64,000 nt of DNA from an uncultured Thermoleophilia bacterium. GTDB taxonomy: Bacteria; Actinomycetota; Thermoleophilia; UBA2241. The DNA lies in NCBI GenBank assembly GCA_963715985.1, contig CAVQSP010000013.1, forward strand, positions 192,001 through 256,000, given 5' to 3'. The number at the start of each line of letters is the position of its first letter. The first letter of the stretch is position 1. The translations under genes and the position numbers were made by a program. A model generated the notes under the pieces. The model did not search any database, had not been told where the DNA came from, and saw nothing but the letters and a program-made list of their open reading frames with translations. Below are positions 1-12,857 of this stretch, piece after piece.

Positions 1-121
1 CGTCGTCGCACTGGTTCCGTGATCTCTGCGCCGGAGAGATGACCGTTTTGCCCGGGCCGTGCGGTGGGACCATGCAGTAACTGAGTCACCGCGTGAGTGG
101 TGTCGCGGGGAGGAGGTCCAC

Positions 122-1010
122 GTGAGCACTCGTGTCCTCGTGACCGGCGCCTCCGGGCGGGCCGGCAAGGAGATGGTGAGGGAACTCGCGGCCGCGGGGG
201 TCAAGGTGCGGGCCGCTCTGCACTACCCCGATCACGACGCCGAGTCGAGGGCGTCGGCGGTGGACTACGTCGAGGTGGACTTCGAACGTCCGGAGACGCT
301 GGAGACGGCCTTCCGCGACGTGGACAGGGCCGTGCTCATCACGCCCGAGGAGACCACGATGGTCGCCATGACGGCGTCGCTCGTGGGCGCCGCCGAGCGG
401 GCAGGCGTGCGGCGCCTGGTACGCGTGTCGTTTCTGCACGCCGGCGAGGGGGCGGGCGGGCGGCTGCTGGCGTGGCACCGCGAGGCGGAGCAGCATCGTG
501 ACGGCCTCGTCCATCCCGTCCACCATCCTGCGGCCCAACTCGTACATGCAGAACTTCATCACCATGTACGCGCCCAGCATCCTCGTGCGCGGCGCCTTCT
601 TCACGCCCATGGGCGCCGGGCGCATCAGCTACATCGACGCCCGCGACGTGGCCGATGCGGCCGTCAGAGTGCTGCTCGACGAGGGTCACGACGGCGCCGC
701 TTACGAGCTCACCGGTCCCGAGTCGCTCTCCCACGAGGAGATCGCCGCAGTGCTGAGCCGCGAGAGCGGCCACGACATCAAGTACGTCGACATCGGCCAG
801 GACGATGCCTGCGCCGCCCTGCACCGGCGCGGCGCCTCCGAGGAGCTCATCGAGGCGCTGTGCGAGCTGTGGCTGGCCATGCGGCATGGGGAGTTCGCGG
901 CCGCCGAGCCGGGCCTGGAAGGCCTGCTCGGGCGGCCGCCGCGGCGCTTCACCGACTTCGTGCGCGAGCACGCCGCGGAGGTGAAGGTGTCGCCGACGGC
1001 GAGAATCTGA
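122..1010 (+). CDS. NmrA-like NAD(P)H-binding SDR oxidoreductase (frameshift near 495)
   Basis: VLVTGASGRAG Rossmann motif in ORF 59..1126 continues as TILRPNSYMQN...IDARDVA...YELTGPE in ORF 498..1010. Confidence 0.85.
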
Positions 1011-1094
1011 AGGGTCCTGCCCGGCGCGAGCGACTGTGCCGCCGGGCCTCCCACCGCCGAGCCGCCTCGTCCGGCGCGCCGTCCTCGGCCTGTC

Positions 1095-2532
1095 TCAGGG
1101 CAGTGTCGAGACGGCGCGCTCGATGAGGTGGAGCAGCGGCGCCGGGTACACGCCGAACACGATGAGGAAGGCCGTGAGCGCGGCGAGCACGGCGCCGCAG
1201 GCGCCGCCCACCGCCGCGCGCACGCTGTGGTCGTCGGGCTCGCGCACCCACATCGCGACGATGATCCGCGTGTAGTAGTACAGGCTCACGGTGCTCGTCA
1301 GCACCAGCACGACGATCAACGTCCACAGCGAGGCGCCGGCGCCGGCCGTGACCAGGTAGAACTTGCCGATGAAGCCCATCGTGAGCGGCATCCCGGCCAG
1401 CGAGAACAGGGCCACGGTGAAGGCCGCCGCCGTCCAGCGCCGCGTCCGCGCGAGACCGCGGTAGTCGGCGATCCACTCCGCCTCGCGGCCCGGGATCGAG
1501 AGCGCCGCGACCACGCCGAAGGCCACCAGCGTGGTGGCGAAGTAGGCGACGAGGTAGAAGGTCACGGCGATGGCGGCGCGCTCTCCTGTGGCGAGGAACG
1601 CCACCAGCAGGTAGCCGAGGTGGGCGATGGAGGAGTAGGCGAGCACGCGTTTGACGTTGTCCTGCCGCAGGGCCAGCAGGTTGCCGGCCACCATCGAGGC
1701 GATGGCCACGGCGGCGAAGACGAGGAACAGCGTCGAGCCCGTGTCCAGGCTCACCGGCCGGAAGTAGCGCAGCAGCAGGGCGAACATCGCCCCCTTGGAG
1801 ACCGTGGCCACGTAGGCCGTCACAGGAGCGGGCGCGCCCTGGTACACGTCCGGGGTCCACATGTGGAAGGGCACTACGGCGAGCTTGAAGCCCACGCCGC
1901 CGAGCAGCATCACGATGCCCAGCACCACCACGGCGTCGCCGCCGCTGAGGCCGCCGGTGAGGATCGGGCGCCAGCCCGCTCACCGTCATCGTGCCGGTCT
2001 CGGCGTAGACGAGCGCCATGCCGAACACGAGGAAGGCGGAGGTGGCGCCGGCCAGCACCAGGTACTTGACCGCGGCCTCCACCACGCGCTCCCGGTACAC
2101 CGGGTACACGATGAGCGCGTAGAGCGAGACGCTGAGGATCTCGAGGCCGAGGAAGAAGCTGGCGAAGTGCGTGCTCGCCACCAGCGTGGCGCCGCCCAGT
2201 GTGGCCGTGAGCAGCAGCACGTAGTACTCCTCCGGGTGCACGCCGCGGCGCTGCAGGTAGCCCCAGGAGATGACGGCCACGGCCGCCGTGGCGGCGGCCA
2301 GCAGGCCGATGTAGAAGAGCGTGTAGGTGTCGAAGGAGAGCAGCGGCGTGACCTGGCGCTGCGGCTGGGCGGCGGCCACGAACAGCGTGCCGACCGCGGC
2401 CGCCAGACCGGCGAGCGTGAGGCCCAGGGCCAGACCGTGAGAGCGGTAGAAGACGGCCGCGAGCATGACGACCACGGGCGCCAGCGTGAGCGCGATGAGC
2501 GGGAGCAGGGTGAGGACGTCGGCGGCCGTCAC
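1095..2532 (-). CDS. nuoN: NADH-quinone oxidoreductase subunit N (frameshift near 1965)
   Basis: LEILSVSLYAL, EAAVKYLVL, FKLAVVPFHMWTPDVYQGAP, KRVLAYSSIAHLGY; last gene of the nuo operon. Confidence 0.95.
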
Positions 2533-4129
2533 GGGAGCTCGACTCCGGTGGTGTCGGCGGCCACGGCGGCCGGGGCGGCTGCGCGCCGCCGGCTGCCTCG
2601 CCGGCGTCGAGCCCGCTGCCGGCGGTGAGCTGTTGCACGGAGGCCACCGTCTGGCGCGCCGTGGTGATCAGCGGCTGCGGGTAGAAGCCCAGCACCACGA
2701 GGGCCGCGATCATGGCCGCGAACATCGCCGTCTCGCGCGGGACCAGGTCCTGGAAGCCCCAGCCGTGGGTCTCCTTGCCCTGGAAGGCGCGCTGCATCAG
2801 CCACAGCGAGTAGACCGTGGCGAACACCAGGCCCACGGCGCCGAGCACGGCCGCCCACTTGGCCACCTGCCAGGTGCCCACGAGGATGAGGAACTCGGCG
2901 ACGAAGTTGCCGAGCCCGGGCAGCCCGAGCGAGGCGATGGCGAAGAACATCGCCGTGCCGCCCATCTTGGGCGCCACCGCCCACAGGCCGCCCATCCTGC
3001 CCATGTCGCGGGTGTGGATGCGGTCCTGCAGGCCGCCGACCAGGATGAAGAGGGCGCCCGTGGAGAGGGCGTGGCAGACGAGCTGCAGCACCACGCCCTG
3101 CAGCGCCAGCGTGTTCCAGGCGAAGATACCGAGCAGCACGAAGCCCATGTGGCTCACGCTGGTGTAGGCGACGAGCCGCTTCATGTCGCTCTGCGCGTAG
3201 GCCATGATCGCGCCGTAGATGATGCCGATCACGGCGAGCACCATGCCGACGGTACGGAAGTCGTGCACCGCATCCGGGAACAGCGGCACCATGAAGCGGA
3301 TCATGCCGTAGGCGCCGATCTTGATGAGCACGCCGGCCAGGATCACGGAGCCGGCCGTGGGCGCCTCGGTGTGCGCGTCGGGCAGCCAGGTGTGCAGGGG
3401 GAAGGCGGGCAGCTTGACGGCGAAGGCGGCGAAGAAGCCGAGCATCAGCAGGAACGCCGTGCCGGAGGCCATCTTCGTGCCCAGCAGCTGGGTGAAGTCG
3501 AAGGTGTACACGCCGGTCGCGCGGCCGTGGATGAAGTACAGGGCGAGGATGGCGAGCAACATCAGCAGCCCGCTCGCCTGCGTGAAGATGAAGAACTTGA
3601 CGGCTGCGTACACGCGCCGCTCGTGGCCCCAGAGCGCGATGATGAAGTACATCGGGATGAGCATCATCTCGAAGAAGAAGTAGAAGAGGAACAGGTCCAG
3701 CGAGAGGAAGACGCCGGAGAGCGCAGCCACCGTCCACAGCAGCGTGAAGTGGAACAGACCCACGCGCTGTGTGATCCCGCGCCACGAGGCGAGCACGGCG
3801 AGCAGGCCGAGCGCGAAGGTGAGCAGCAGCATGATCACCGTGAGCCCGTCCTCGGCGAGGAAGAAGCTGATGCCGAGCTGCGAGATCCAGGTGGCCTGCA
3901 GGTGCTCGATCCAGGCGCCCTGCACGAGGCCGGCGGCGCCGGGCCCGTGGGCGGCGAAGGCGGCGCGAAGAGTACTCGCCTGCGCCGCCCACTGCCAGGC
4001 CAGCAGAACGAGCGGCGCCGCCGTGCCGGCCACGGCGATCCAGCGCGCCGTGACGTCGGAGCGGCGCGCCACGAGCCAGGCGACGGGCGCCGCCACGGCC
4101 GGGATGAGGATGTAGAGCAGCATGATCAT
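2529..4129 (-). CDS. nuoM: NADH-quinone oxidoreductase subunit M (frameshift near 2580 in the C-terminal tail)
   Basis: FFFEMMLIPMY, VKLPAFPLHTWLPDAHTEAPT, KRLVAYTSVSHMG. Confidence 0.95.
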
Positions 4130-4136
4130 CCCGGCC

Positions 4137-6029
4137 TCACCTCAGCACCACGAAGGCGAGGATGACGACGAGGCCCACGCCGGCCACGCCGATGTACAGG
4201 CGCAGCAGGCCGGTCTGCGAGGCGCTCAGCGCGCGCCAGGCGGCCACGTTGAGCCAGGCGATGCCGGTGATGGCAGGCTCGACGAGGTCGTGGCGCGCCC
4301 AGTGCGCGAACCACTTCACCGGCACCACGAACGCGTACTCGTACACGAAGTCGAAGCCCCAGCCGCCGCGCAGGTACCGCTCGAACGCGCCGTCCAGCGG
4401 CCGCGCCGCGCGCGCCTCCGAGAGGTCGCGCCAGCTCATCCAGAACAGGTAGGAGATGCCGATGCCGGCGAGCACGACGCCGATGGTGATGAGCGCCGCC
4501 CAGGCGGTCTCGGCGAAGGCGCCCTCGACCAGCTCGGTCGCCGGCAGCGCCTCGTCCAGGAACGTCTCCAGCGGGTGGAAGCCGCCCAGCCAGCCGGGCA
4601 TCCAGACGAGCCCGCCGACCACCGAGAGGGCGCCCAGGACGTAGAGGGGCACGAGCTGCCGCGCACGCGGCCGGCGCGTGACCTCGGTGCGCTTCTCCCC
4701 GAAGAACACGACCCACACGAGACGGAACGAATAGAGCGCCGTGAGGAAGGCGCCGACGATGGCCCCGAGGTACAGCCAGACGCTGCCGTCCACCGAGCCC
4801 AGGCTCGTGGCGATGATCAGGTCCTTGCTGTAGAAGCCGTCGGTGACGAAGGGCAGCGCTGCCAGCGCGGCGGCACCGACGACGAAGGTCCAGAACACGG
4901 CCGGCAGCTCCTTGCGCAGGCCGCCCATCCTGAAGATGTCGTGCTCGTCGGCGAGCGCCTCGATGATGACGCCGGCGCCGAGGAAGAGCAGGGCCTTGAA
5001 GAAGGCGTGCGTCATGAAGTGGAAGACCGCCGCCTCCCAGCCGGACACGCCGAGGGCGAGGAACATGTAGCCGATCTGGCTGATGGTCGAGTAGGCGAGG
5101 GCGCGCTTGAGGTCGCGCTGCACGAGGGCGCTGAAGCCTGCCAGCAGCAGGGTGACGGTGCCGACGATGGCCACCGTGAGGCGCGCGTCCGGCGCCAGCG
5201 TGAAGAGCGCGTTGGTGCGCGCGATGAGGTACACGCCGGCCGTGACCATGGTAGCGGCGTGGATCAGCGCGCTCACCGGCGACGGACCGGCCATGGCGTC
5301 GGGCAGCCACGTCTGCAGCGGCACCTGCGCCGACTTGCCAACGGCGCCGCCGAGGACGAGCAGGGCGGCGGCGACGGCCACGGCGGAACCCGGCGCCCAG
5401 GTGTTCACGGCGGCGGCCATCAGCGGCTGGATGTCCAGCGTGTGGAGCTGCGTGAACAGCAGGAAGAGGCCGGCGATCAGGGCTGTGTCACCCACGCGGG
5501 TGACGATGAACGCCTTGCGCCCGCAGTACACGTTCTGCGGGTCCTCCTGCCAGAAGGCGATGAGCAGGTAGCTGCAGAGGCCGACGCCCTCCCAGCCCAG
5601 GTACAACAGCAGCAGGTTGTCCGCCAGCACGAGGATGAGCATCGAGGCCACGAACAGGTTCAAGTACATGAAGAAGCGCGTGAACGCGGCGTCGTGCTCC
5701 ATGTGCTCGGTGGAGTACAGGTGGATGAGGAAGCCGACGAAGGTGATGACCAGCACCCAGATGACGCTCACGGAGTCGAGGTAGAGGCCGATCTTGGGGG
5801 CGAAGCCGGCGACGTCGAACCAGGTCCACAGGACCTGGTGGTAGGCGTCGCCGGCGGGCGGCGACGAGATGAAGCTGCCGCACACCAGCAGCGCGACCAG
5901 CGCCGAGAGACCGACGGAGCCGGCGCCGATCCAGGAGACGGCACGCCGGCTCAGGCGCCCGTTGGTCAGGGTGAGCACGAGGAAGCCGGCGGCGGGCAGG
6001 GCGGGGATGAGCCAGAGCAGCTGCAGCAT
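4137..6029 (-). CDS. nuoL: NADH-quinone oxidoreductase subunit L
   Basis: GWEGVGLCSYLLI, GKSAQVPLQTWLPDAMAGPSPVSALIHAATMV, HAFFKALLF; start MLQLLW at 6029. Confidence 0.96.
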   Translation of the reverse strand: MLQLLWLIPALPAAGFLVLTLTNGRLSRRAVSWIGAGSVGLSALVALLVCGSFISSPPAGDAYHQVLWTWFDVAGFAPKIGLYLDSVSVIWVLVITFVGFLIHLYSTEHMEHDAAFTRFFMYLNLFVASMLILVLADNLLLLYLGWEGVGLCSYLLIAFWQEDPQNVYCGRKAFIVTRVGDTALIAGLFLLFTQLHTLDIQPLMAAAVNTWAPGSAVAVAAALLVLGGAVGKSAQVPLQTWLPDAMAGPSPVSALIHAATMVTAGVYLIARTNALFTLAPDARLTVAIVGTVTLLLAGFSALVQRDLKRALAYSTISQIGYMFLALGVSGWEAAVFHFMTHAFFKALLFLGAGVIIEALADEHDIFRMGGLRKELPAVFWTFVVGAAALAALPFVTDGFYSKDLIIATSLGSVDGSVWLYLGAIVGAFLTALYSFRLVWVVFFGEKRTEVTRRPRARQLVPLYVLGALSVVGGLVWMPGWLGGFHPLETFLDEALPATELVEGAFAETAWAALITIGVVLAGIGISYLFWMSWRDLSEARAARPLDGAFERYLRGGWGFDFVYEYAFVVPVKWFAHWARHDLVEPAITGIAWLNVAAWRALSASQTGLLRLYIGVAGVGLVVILAFVVLR

Positions 6030-6031
6030 CC

Positions 6032-6340
6032 CTACCCCTTCATCTCGTCGGCGTCGTCCACGTCCAGGCGGCCCAGCGACTGGCGGAAGCGGATGGCGAT
6101 GGCGAGCCCCACGGCGACCTCGGCCGCGGCCATGGCCAGGACGAAGATGAACATCACCTGGCCGTCGGCGTGGCCCCAGCGGGCGCCGGCCACGACGAAG
6201 GCCAGGCCGGCGGCGTTGAGCATGATCTCGATGCAGGCGAGCACCACGATGAGGTTGCGCCGCACGAGCAGACCGGCGAAGCCGATGGAGAACAGCACGC
6301 CGGCGAGGATGAGCCCGTGGTTGAGGGTCACGTCGGCCAT
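6032..6340 (-). CDS. nuoK: NADH-quinone oxidoreductase subunit K
   Basis: RRNLI...IEIMLNA...AAAEVAVGLAI, 102 aa. Confidence 0.96.
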   Translation of the reverse strand: MADVTLNHGLILAGVLFSIGFAGLLVRRNLIVVLACIEIMLNAAGLAFVVAGARWGHADGQVMFIFVLAMAAAEVAVGLAIAIRFRQSLGRLDVDDADEMKG

Positions 6341-6924
6341 CAGACCGTGCCCCTCGTGTCGCCGGGCGCGCTGGCCTGCGGCGGCGCGCCCGCCGCCTCC
6401 GCGCCCGCGACCTCGTCAATCGGCGGCACGCACGCGCCGAGCGGCGGCTCGTCCGGCTGCGCCGCGATGTGCCGGGCGCCGACCAGGGCGGCGAGCAGCA
6501 GCATGGAGGCGAGCTCCACGCCGAGCACGTAGGGCCCGAACAGCGACTGGCTCACCTCGGCCGGTCCGACCTCCGCTCCCGAGAGCGCGTGGTTGCTGAG
6601 GCGCACGCCGTACACCACCTCGGCGAGCAGCACGGCGACGAGGACGGCGGGGCCGATCCAGGCGCGCGCCGGCACCCGTACCTGCTCCTCGGCGCGCACG
6701 TTGAGCAGCATCACGGCGAAGATGAACAGCATGATGATGGCGCCGGCGTACACGATGACCTCGAGCGCGGCCACGAACGGCGCCCCCAGGGTGAAGAACA
6801 CCACGGCCACGCCGAACAGCGACACCACGAGGTAGAGGAGCGCGTGCACGAGATTGGTCCGCGTCACGACGAACAGGGTGGCCACGACGGCCACGACGGC
6901 GGCGATGTAGAAGAGCGCGGTCAC
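6340..6924 (-). CDS. nuoJ: NADH-quinone oxidoreductase subunit J
   Basis: [34 protein letters not shown]; GTG start overlaps the nuoI stop. Confidence 0.95.
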   Translation of the reverse strand: MTALFYIAAVVAVVATLFVVTRTNLVHALLYLVVSLFGVAVVFFTLGAPFVAALEVIVYAGAIIMLFIFAVMLLNVRAEEQVRVPARAWIGPAVLVAVLLAEVVYGVRLSNHALSGAEVGPAEVSQSLFGPYVLGVELASMLLLAALVGARHIAAQPDEPPLGACVPPIDEVAGAEAAGAPPQASAPGDTRGTV

Positions 6925-7580
6925 GGCAGCAGGTCCCGGACGTCGCCGGGCGGGGCCTCGTGCTCGGCCTCGCCCTTGTCCTTGCCGCCGATGGCGAGGC
7001 CGGCGACGCGGTAGAAGTCGTGCGTGTGGCGCTTGCCCGGTCCCGAGATGAGCAGGTCCTCCTTCTCGTACACCATGTTCTGCCGGTCGTACTCGCACAT
7101 CTCCACGTCCGGCGTCAGCTGGATGGCGTAGGTGGGACAGGCGTCCTCGCAGTAGCCGCAGAAGATGCAGCGCGAGAAGTTGATGCGGAAGGTGGCCGGG
7201 TAGCGGCGGCCGTGCTCGTCCTGGGTGGCCTGCAGGGCGATGCAGTCCACGGGGCAGGCCACCGAGCACAGGTAGCAGGCCACGCAGCGCTCCTCGCCCT
7301 GCGGGTCGCGGGTGAGCACGATGCGGCCGCGGTAGCGCGGCGGCAGGTAGACCATCTCGTCGGGGTACTCGATGGTGTCGCGCGGGCGGAAGGCGTGGCC
7401 GATGACCACACCGATGCCCTGCAGCGTGGAGACCACGGTGCGGTAGACGCGCGGCGCCAGCGACTGGCCGCGCCGCGCCAGCCGCCCCGTGACCACCACG
7501 TCGGTCGTCAGTGGCGGGTGCATGTCCACCTCGGCGGCCTCGCGGCCCTGGGGCCGTGTGTGCTGTGGGTGTGTGCTCAC
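6921..7580 (-). CDS. nuoI: NADH-quinone oxidoreductase subunit I
   Basis: Two 4Fe-4S motifs, [12 protein letters not shown] and [12 protein letters not shown]. Confidence 0.96.
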   Translation of the reverse strand: MSTHPQHTRPQGREAAEVDMHPPLTTDVVVTGRLARRGQSLAPRVYRTVVSTLQGIGVVIGHAFRPRDTIEYPDEMVYLPPRYRGRIVLTRDPQGEERCVACYLCSVACPVDCIALQATQDEHGRRYPATFRINFSRCIFCGYCEDACPTYAIQLTPDVEMCEYDRQNMVYEKEDLLISGPGKRHTHDFYRVAGLAIGGKDKGEAEHEAPPGDVRDLLP

Positions 7581-7590
7581 GTCGCCGGCC

Positions 7591-8583
7591 TCACTGGAAG
7601 CGCGCCACCACGATGGCGCCGGTCACGAGCAGGTTGACGAGACTGAGCGGCAGCATGGCCTTCCAGCCGAGGGCCATGAGCTGGTCGTAGCGCGGCCGCG
7701 GGAAGGTGGCACGCGCCACGATGAAGCAGCTGATGAAGATCGCCGTCTTGATGAGGAACCACAGCCACCCCGGCAGCCACGGTCCCAACCAGCCGCCGAA
7801 GAACAGCGTGGCGATGAGCGCCGAGATGAGCGTGATGGCCACGTACTCGCCCACCATGAACAGCCCGAACTTCATGCCCGAGTACTCGGTGTGGTAGCCG
7901 GCCACCAGCTCGCTCTCCGCCTCCACGAGGTCGAAGGGGATGCGTCGCGTCTCGGCAAGGCCGGCGATCACGAACACGACGAAGCCGATGAACTGGGGCA
8001 CCACGTACCAGACGCCGTCCTGGCCCTCCACGATGTCCTGCAGATCGAAGCTCCCCGCCATCAGCACGACGCCGACGAGCGAGAGGCCCATGAACACCTC
8101 GTAGCTCACCATCTGGGCGGCGGCGCGCAGGCCGCCGATCAGGGAGTACTTGCTGTGCGACGCCCAGCCCGCGAGCACCACGCTGTACACCGCCAGCGAC
8201 GACATCGCGAGGAAGAAGAGCAGGCCGATGTTGAGGTCGGCCACCACCACGCCCTGCGTGACCGGGATGACCATGAACGAGAGCAGGGCGGTGACGAGCA
8301 CGATGGGCGGGGCGGCGATGAAGAGGGCGCGGTCGGCGAACGGCGGCACCCAGTCCTCCTTGAAGAGGATCTTGAAGGTGTCGGCGAGGACCTGCATCAG
8401 GCCGGCCGGGCCCACGCGGTTGGGGCCGAGCCGGTCCTGCACGAGTCCGAGCAGACGGCGCTCATACCAGATGAGCCCGGCGGCGATGAGCAGCACCACG
8501 AGCAGCACGCCGAGCACGGTGAGGAGCTGCCAGAACCAGGTGGCGCTGCTGGCGACGAGCGGGTGCTGGAGGAGGCCGGGCAT
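7591..8583 (-). CDS. nuoH: NADH-quinone oxidoreductase subunit H
   Basis: [54 protein letters not shown]. Confidence 0.96.
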   Translation of the reverse strand: MPGLLQHPLVASSATWFWQLLTVLGVLLVVLLIAAGLIWYERRLLGLVQDRLGPNRVGPAGLMQVLADTFKILFKEDWVPPFADRALFIAAPPIVLVTALLSFMVIPVTQGVVVADLNIGLLFFLAMSSLAVYSVVLAGWASHSKYSLIGGLRAAAQMVSYEVFMGLSLVGVVLMAGSFDLQDIVEGQDGVWYVVPQFIGFVVFVIAGLAETRRIPFDLVEAESELVAGYHTEYSGMKFGLFMVGEYVAITLISALIATLFFGGWLGPWLPGWLWFLIKTAIFISCFIVARATFPRPRYDQLMALGWKAMLPLSLVNLLVTGAIVVARFQ

Positions 8584-11460
8584 CAGGCGGGGCCTCCGAG
8601 GGCCGGCGCGTCGCGCCGCGAGATGCGGCCGCGGGCCGGCAGGGCCACGTAGGGCATGCGCGGCAGGCCCATGGGCACGCCGGCCACGCCGTCGGGCAAG
8701 GACGGCAGCAGGCGGAAGTGGGTGGCGAAGTCCATCCACGGCAGCCACAGGGTGACCGGGTCGCCGTCGGCGAGCCCGAGCTCCTCCGCGGCCGCGCCGT
8801 TCGCGGCCACGTACGGGCCGGGGCGCGCGGCCGGCGATGCCGGGCTCGTACATGCTCAGGTCGTCAGAGCCGAAGATGTGGTGCACCGGGACGAGGAGGA
8901 ACTCGCCGGGGTGCGGCGTGAAGGCGGGTGGCCCCTGCGGCGACGCGGCGGCCGTATCGCCGGGCGGGGGGGCGGGCTTCCCGGCGGCATGGGGCCCGTC
9001 GAGGAGCCGTGTGCCGGCCGGGCCGCCGCGCAGCGGGCCCTCCACCTCCTCCTGCAGCTTGTGGAGGCCGTTCCACGAGTTCCAGCCGGCCGCCCACACG
9101 CGCGGCAGCAGTGCCGCCGGCGTCTGCGAGGGCTCCAGGCCCTCCAGGGAGTAGGCGAGCGCCGAGTCGGGGTCCTCCGGCGGCGCCGGCTCGCGCACGC
9201 TGACAGCGGCGTCGAGGGCGGTGCGGCCGCTGAAGCGCGCCGGCTGGCGCGCCACCTTGCGGCCGTCCAGGCGCCAGCCCGGCGGCGGTGCGGCGGCGGC
9301 GACGCCGCGGAACTGCGGCAGCTCCATCTCCAGGGCCGCCAGCACGTCGGCGTCGTCGAGCCAGCCGCGCGCCTCCTTGCGGCCCAGGCGCTCCATCAGT
9401 TCGCGCAGCCAGCGCCACGCCTCCTGGGTGTCTCCCTGCGGGGCCATGGCGGCGAACGAGCGCTGGGCGCGGCCCTCGTTGTTCACCCAGGTGCCGGTGG
9501 AGTCGGCGAAGGACGGCACCGGCAGCACCACGTCGGCGTGGCCGGTGATGGTGTCCTCGAGCGGCGCCAGCACCAGCAGGTCCGGGGCGCGGCGCACGAG
9601 GTCGTCCACCAGCAGCGGCGCGGCGCGCCGGTACAGGTCGTTGCCGAGCATCGCGACGACGTCCACCTCGCCGCGGGCGACGGCGGCGATGGCCTGCGAG
9701 AGGCGGCCGCCGCCCATCATGCGCAGGCCCAGGCTGTTCGCCTCCGGCACGGTGAGCACGAGGCGGGCGCCCGACGGCGGTCCCCCGCCGGCCTCACCCG
9801 CGCTGCTCGCCCCGTCGTCCGCGCCCCCCGGTGCTTCGCGCGGCAGCGCTGCGGCCAAACGCGCCGCGCCGCGCAGGAGGGCGGCGGAGCCGGTCGACGT
9901 GCCGCAGATCACCAGCGGGCGGCGGCCGGCGCGCAGGGCGTCCGCCCAACGTGTCACGCGCTCGCGCTCGTCGTCGCTGAGGTCCGGCACCGCCTGCCGC
10001 CGCCGGGTCGAGCTCGTGTGCCAGCGCCAGGGCGAGGCGGGCGATGTCGTCGGGCGCCGCCCGCCAGGCCTCCGCCGCCACCTCGTCGAGCTTGGTGGCG
10101 TACGGCGTCGCCAGCCACAGCGCGCTCGGCTGGCGCCGCTTGGCCCGGCCCACGGCGGCGTCGTTCCAGCTGCGGATGTGCACGCGGTGCTCGTCGGCCG
10201 TCGGCCGCAGCCGCAGCCACGTGCGCACCGTCAGGTCCAGCATCGGCGCCGCGTTGGTGAGGTCCTCGCCGAGCACGATCACGGTGTCGGCGGCCTGCAC
10301 GTCGGCCATGGCCCCGAGTCGCTCCTCGCGTGCCACGTCCAGCACGGCGCCCACCAGCTCGTGGTCGGCGTCCGACATCCCGAGGTAGAAGCCGCGCGGC
10401 GCCCACCAGCGTGCGCAGCGCGTAGTTGGCCTCCAGCGGCTCGCGCGGCGAGCCGATGCCGATGACGCGGCGGTCGCGCAGCAGCGCTCCCGCCGCGTCC
10501 AGGGCCCGCCCGCGCCGCACCTCGACGGGGTCGCCCTCGCCGCCGGCGACCATGGCGGCGGGCCGCCATGCCACGCGCGCGGCGCGCACCCGCTCAGGCG
10601 CGTTGACGTGCGCGTAGCCGAACCGCCCGCGGTCGCAGAGGAACATCTTGTTCACGTCGCGGTTGTAGCGGCTCAGCACGCGGCGCAGGTCCCCGTTGCG
10701 CCCCCCCGGCGTGATGTTGCAGCCGAGGCCGCAGTGCCGGCACACGGCCGGGGCCGTCTGCAGGTCCCACTTGCGCGCGTAGTGGTCCGCCAGCGTCTTG
10801 TCCGTCGAACACGCCCGTCGGGCAGACCTCGATGAGGTTGCCGCTGAACTCGCTCTCCAGGGCGCCGTCCGCGGCGCGGCCGAAGTACACCTGGTTGCGC
10901 AGCCCGAAGGCGCCGAAGTCGTGGCCGCCGGCGTAGTCGTTGTACAGGCGCGTGCAGCGGTAGCAGGTGATGCAGCGGTTGAGCTCGTGGGTGATGAACG
11001 GCCCCAGGTCCTGGTTGCGCCAGGTCCGCTTGAGCCCGTCGTAGCGGCGGTAGCCGTGCCCCGTCATCACCGTCATGTCCTGCAGGTGGCACTCGCCGCC
11101 CTCGTCGCACACCGGGCAGTCGTGCGGGTGGCTGAGCATCATCAGCTCGATCATGCGGCTGCGGAAGCGCGTGGCCTCCTCGTCGGCGATGGAGATGCGC
11201 GTGCCCTCCTGCGCCTCCGTCATGCAGGCCATGGCGATGTCGCTCTTCTCCACGCCGTCCCGCCCCGTCCAGTAGAGGCGCACGGCGCACTGGCGGCAGG
11301 CGCCGATGGAGCCCATCACCGGGTGCCAGCAGAAGAACGGCAGGTCGTAGCCCAGGGAGAGCGCCACGTCCAGCATGTTGCGGCCGCCCTCCACGCGGTG
11401 CTCACGGTCGTCGATGACGACCGTGACCATCTCCGGCGTGCCGGTGCCCGGGGCGCTCAC
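8583..11460 (-). CDS. nuoG: NADH-quinone oxidoreductase subunit G, long E. coli-like form (about 4 frameshifts near 10810, 10395, 9995, 8820)
   Basis: [40 protein letters not shown] and the N7-type CRHCGLGC...CDRGRFGY, spread over consecutive ORFs. Confidence 0.93.
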
Positions 11461-12857
11461 GGGGCCGTCTCCTCGGCGGCGGAGGACTGCGCGCCCCCCG
11501 CGTGGGCGGCCGGCTGCGCCCACACCGAACCCGGCATCACCGGCACGCTGGACCCGCTGCGCGGGTACGGGCACGTGCCGTCGGCGATGTGCTGCGCGAA
11601 GTCGTCGGCGAACACGCGCAGCGCCGACTCCAGCGGCTGCATGGCCCCCGGGGCGAGATCGCAGAACGTCCTGTCCGGGCCCATGTACCAGACGTGCTCG
11701 GCGAGGATGTCGAGGTCCTCCGGCCGGCCGCGCCCCTCCTCGATGCCGCGCAGCAGCTGCACCGTCCACTGCAGGCCCTCGCGACAGGGCGTGCACCAGC
11801 CACACGACTCCTGGGCGAAGAACTGCATCATGTTGAGCGTCATGCCGATGGGGCAGGTCTGGTCGTCGAGGATCACCGGCGTGCCGGTGCCCAGGCGCGA
11901 GCCGATCGTCTCCACGGTGTCGTTGTCGAACGCGACGTCGAGGTCGGCGGCGGGGATGAACGAGGTGGAGGCCCCGCCGGGGACGACGGCGCGCAGGCCG
12001 TAGCCGGGCAGCATGCCGCCGGCGTGCACCTCGATGAGCTCGCGCAGCGAGGTGCCCACCGGCAGCTCCATGCAGCCCGGCTTCGCCACGCGCCCGGAGA
12101 CGCCGAAGACCTTGGTGCCGCCCTCAGCGCTCGCGGAGAGGCTCTTCCACCAGTCCACGCCGTTGCGCACGATGCCCGGCACCGCCGCGTAGCTCTCCAC
12201 GTTGTTCACCACGGTCGGGCGGAAGTAGAGGCCCGCCCCCGTCATGTGCGGCGGGCGGGCCCGCGGGTTGGGCCGCTGGCTCTCGAGGGCGTTGAGCATG
12301 GACGAGGCCTCGCCGCAGATGTAGCGGCCCACGCTCTCGTGCAGGTAGATGTCGAAGCAGAAGTCCGTCCCGAGGATGCGCTCGCCGAGGTAGCCGCGCT
12401 CGCGCGCCTCCGCCAGGGCCCGCTCGAGCGCGTCCCTGGCCGTGTCGTACTGGGCGCGCAGGAAGATGTAGCCGGCGTCGGCCTGCACGGCGTAGCCGGC
12501 GATGACCATGCCCTCGATGAGCAGGTGCGGGTTGCGGCTCATGAGCCAGCGGTCCTTGATGCTGCCGGGCTCCATCTCGTCGCCGTTGCAGGCCACGTAC
12601 TTGGGGCGCGGCGCGTCGGGCCCGAGCGGCATGGTGCTCCACTTGCGGCCGGTCAGGTAGCCGGCGCCGCCGCGGCCGCGCAGGCCGGAGTCCAGCACGG
12701 TCTGCGTGACGGCGGGAGGCTCGAGCTCGCGCAGCGCCCTCTCGAGCCCCTCGTAGCCGCCGGCCGCCAGGTACTCGTCCAGGAAGGCGGGCTGCCCGTC
12801 GTCGCGCATGGCCCGGCTCATGGGCCGGTCCCAGCCGCCGGTGTCGGGCGTGCTCAC
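11457..12857 (-). CDS. nuoF: NADH-quinone oxidoreductase subunit F (FMN/NADH-binding)
   Basis: [38 protein letters not shown]...TFC. Confidence 0.96.
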   Translation of the reverse strand: MSTPDTGGWDRPMSRAMRDDGQPAFLDEYLAAGGYEGLERALRELEPPAVTQTVLDSGLRGRGGAGYLTGRKWSTMPLGPDAPRPKYVACNGDEMEPGSIKDRWLMSRNPHLLIEGMVIAGYAVQADAGYIFLRAQYDTARDALERALAEARERGYLGERILGTDFCFDIYLHESVGRYICGEASSMLNALESQRPNPRARPPHMTGAGLYFRPTVVNNVESYAAVPGIVRNGVDWWKSLSASAEGGTKVFGVSGRVAKPGCMELPVGTSLRELIEVHAGGMLPGYGLRAVVPGGASTSFIPAADLDVAFDNDTVETIGSRLGTGTPVILDDQTCPIGMTLNMMQFFAQESCGWCTPCREGLQWTVQLLRGIEEGRGRPEDLDILAEHVWYMGPDRTFCDLAPGAMQPLESALRVFADDFAQHIADGTCPYPRSGSSVPVMPGSVWAQPAAHAGGAQSSAAEETAP

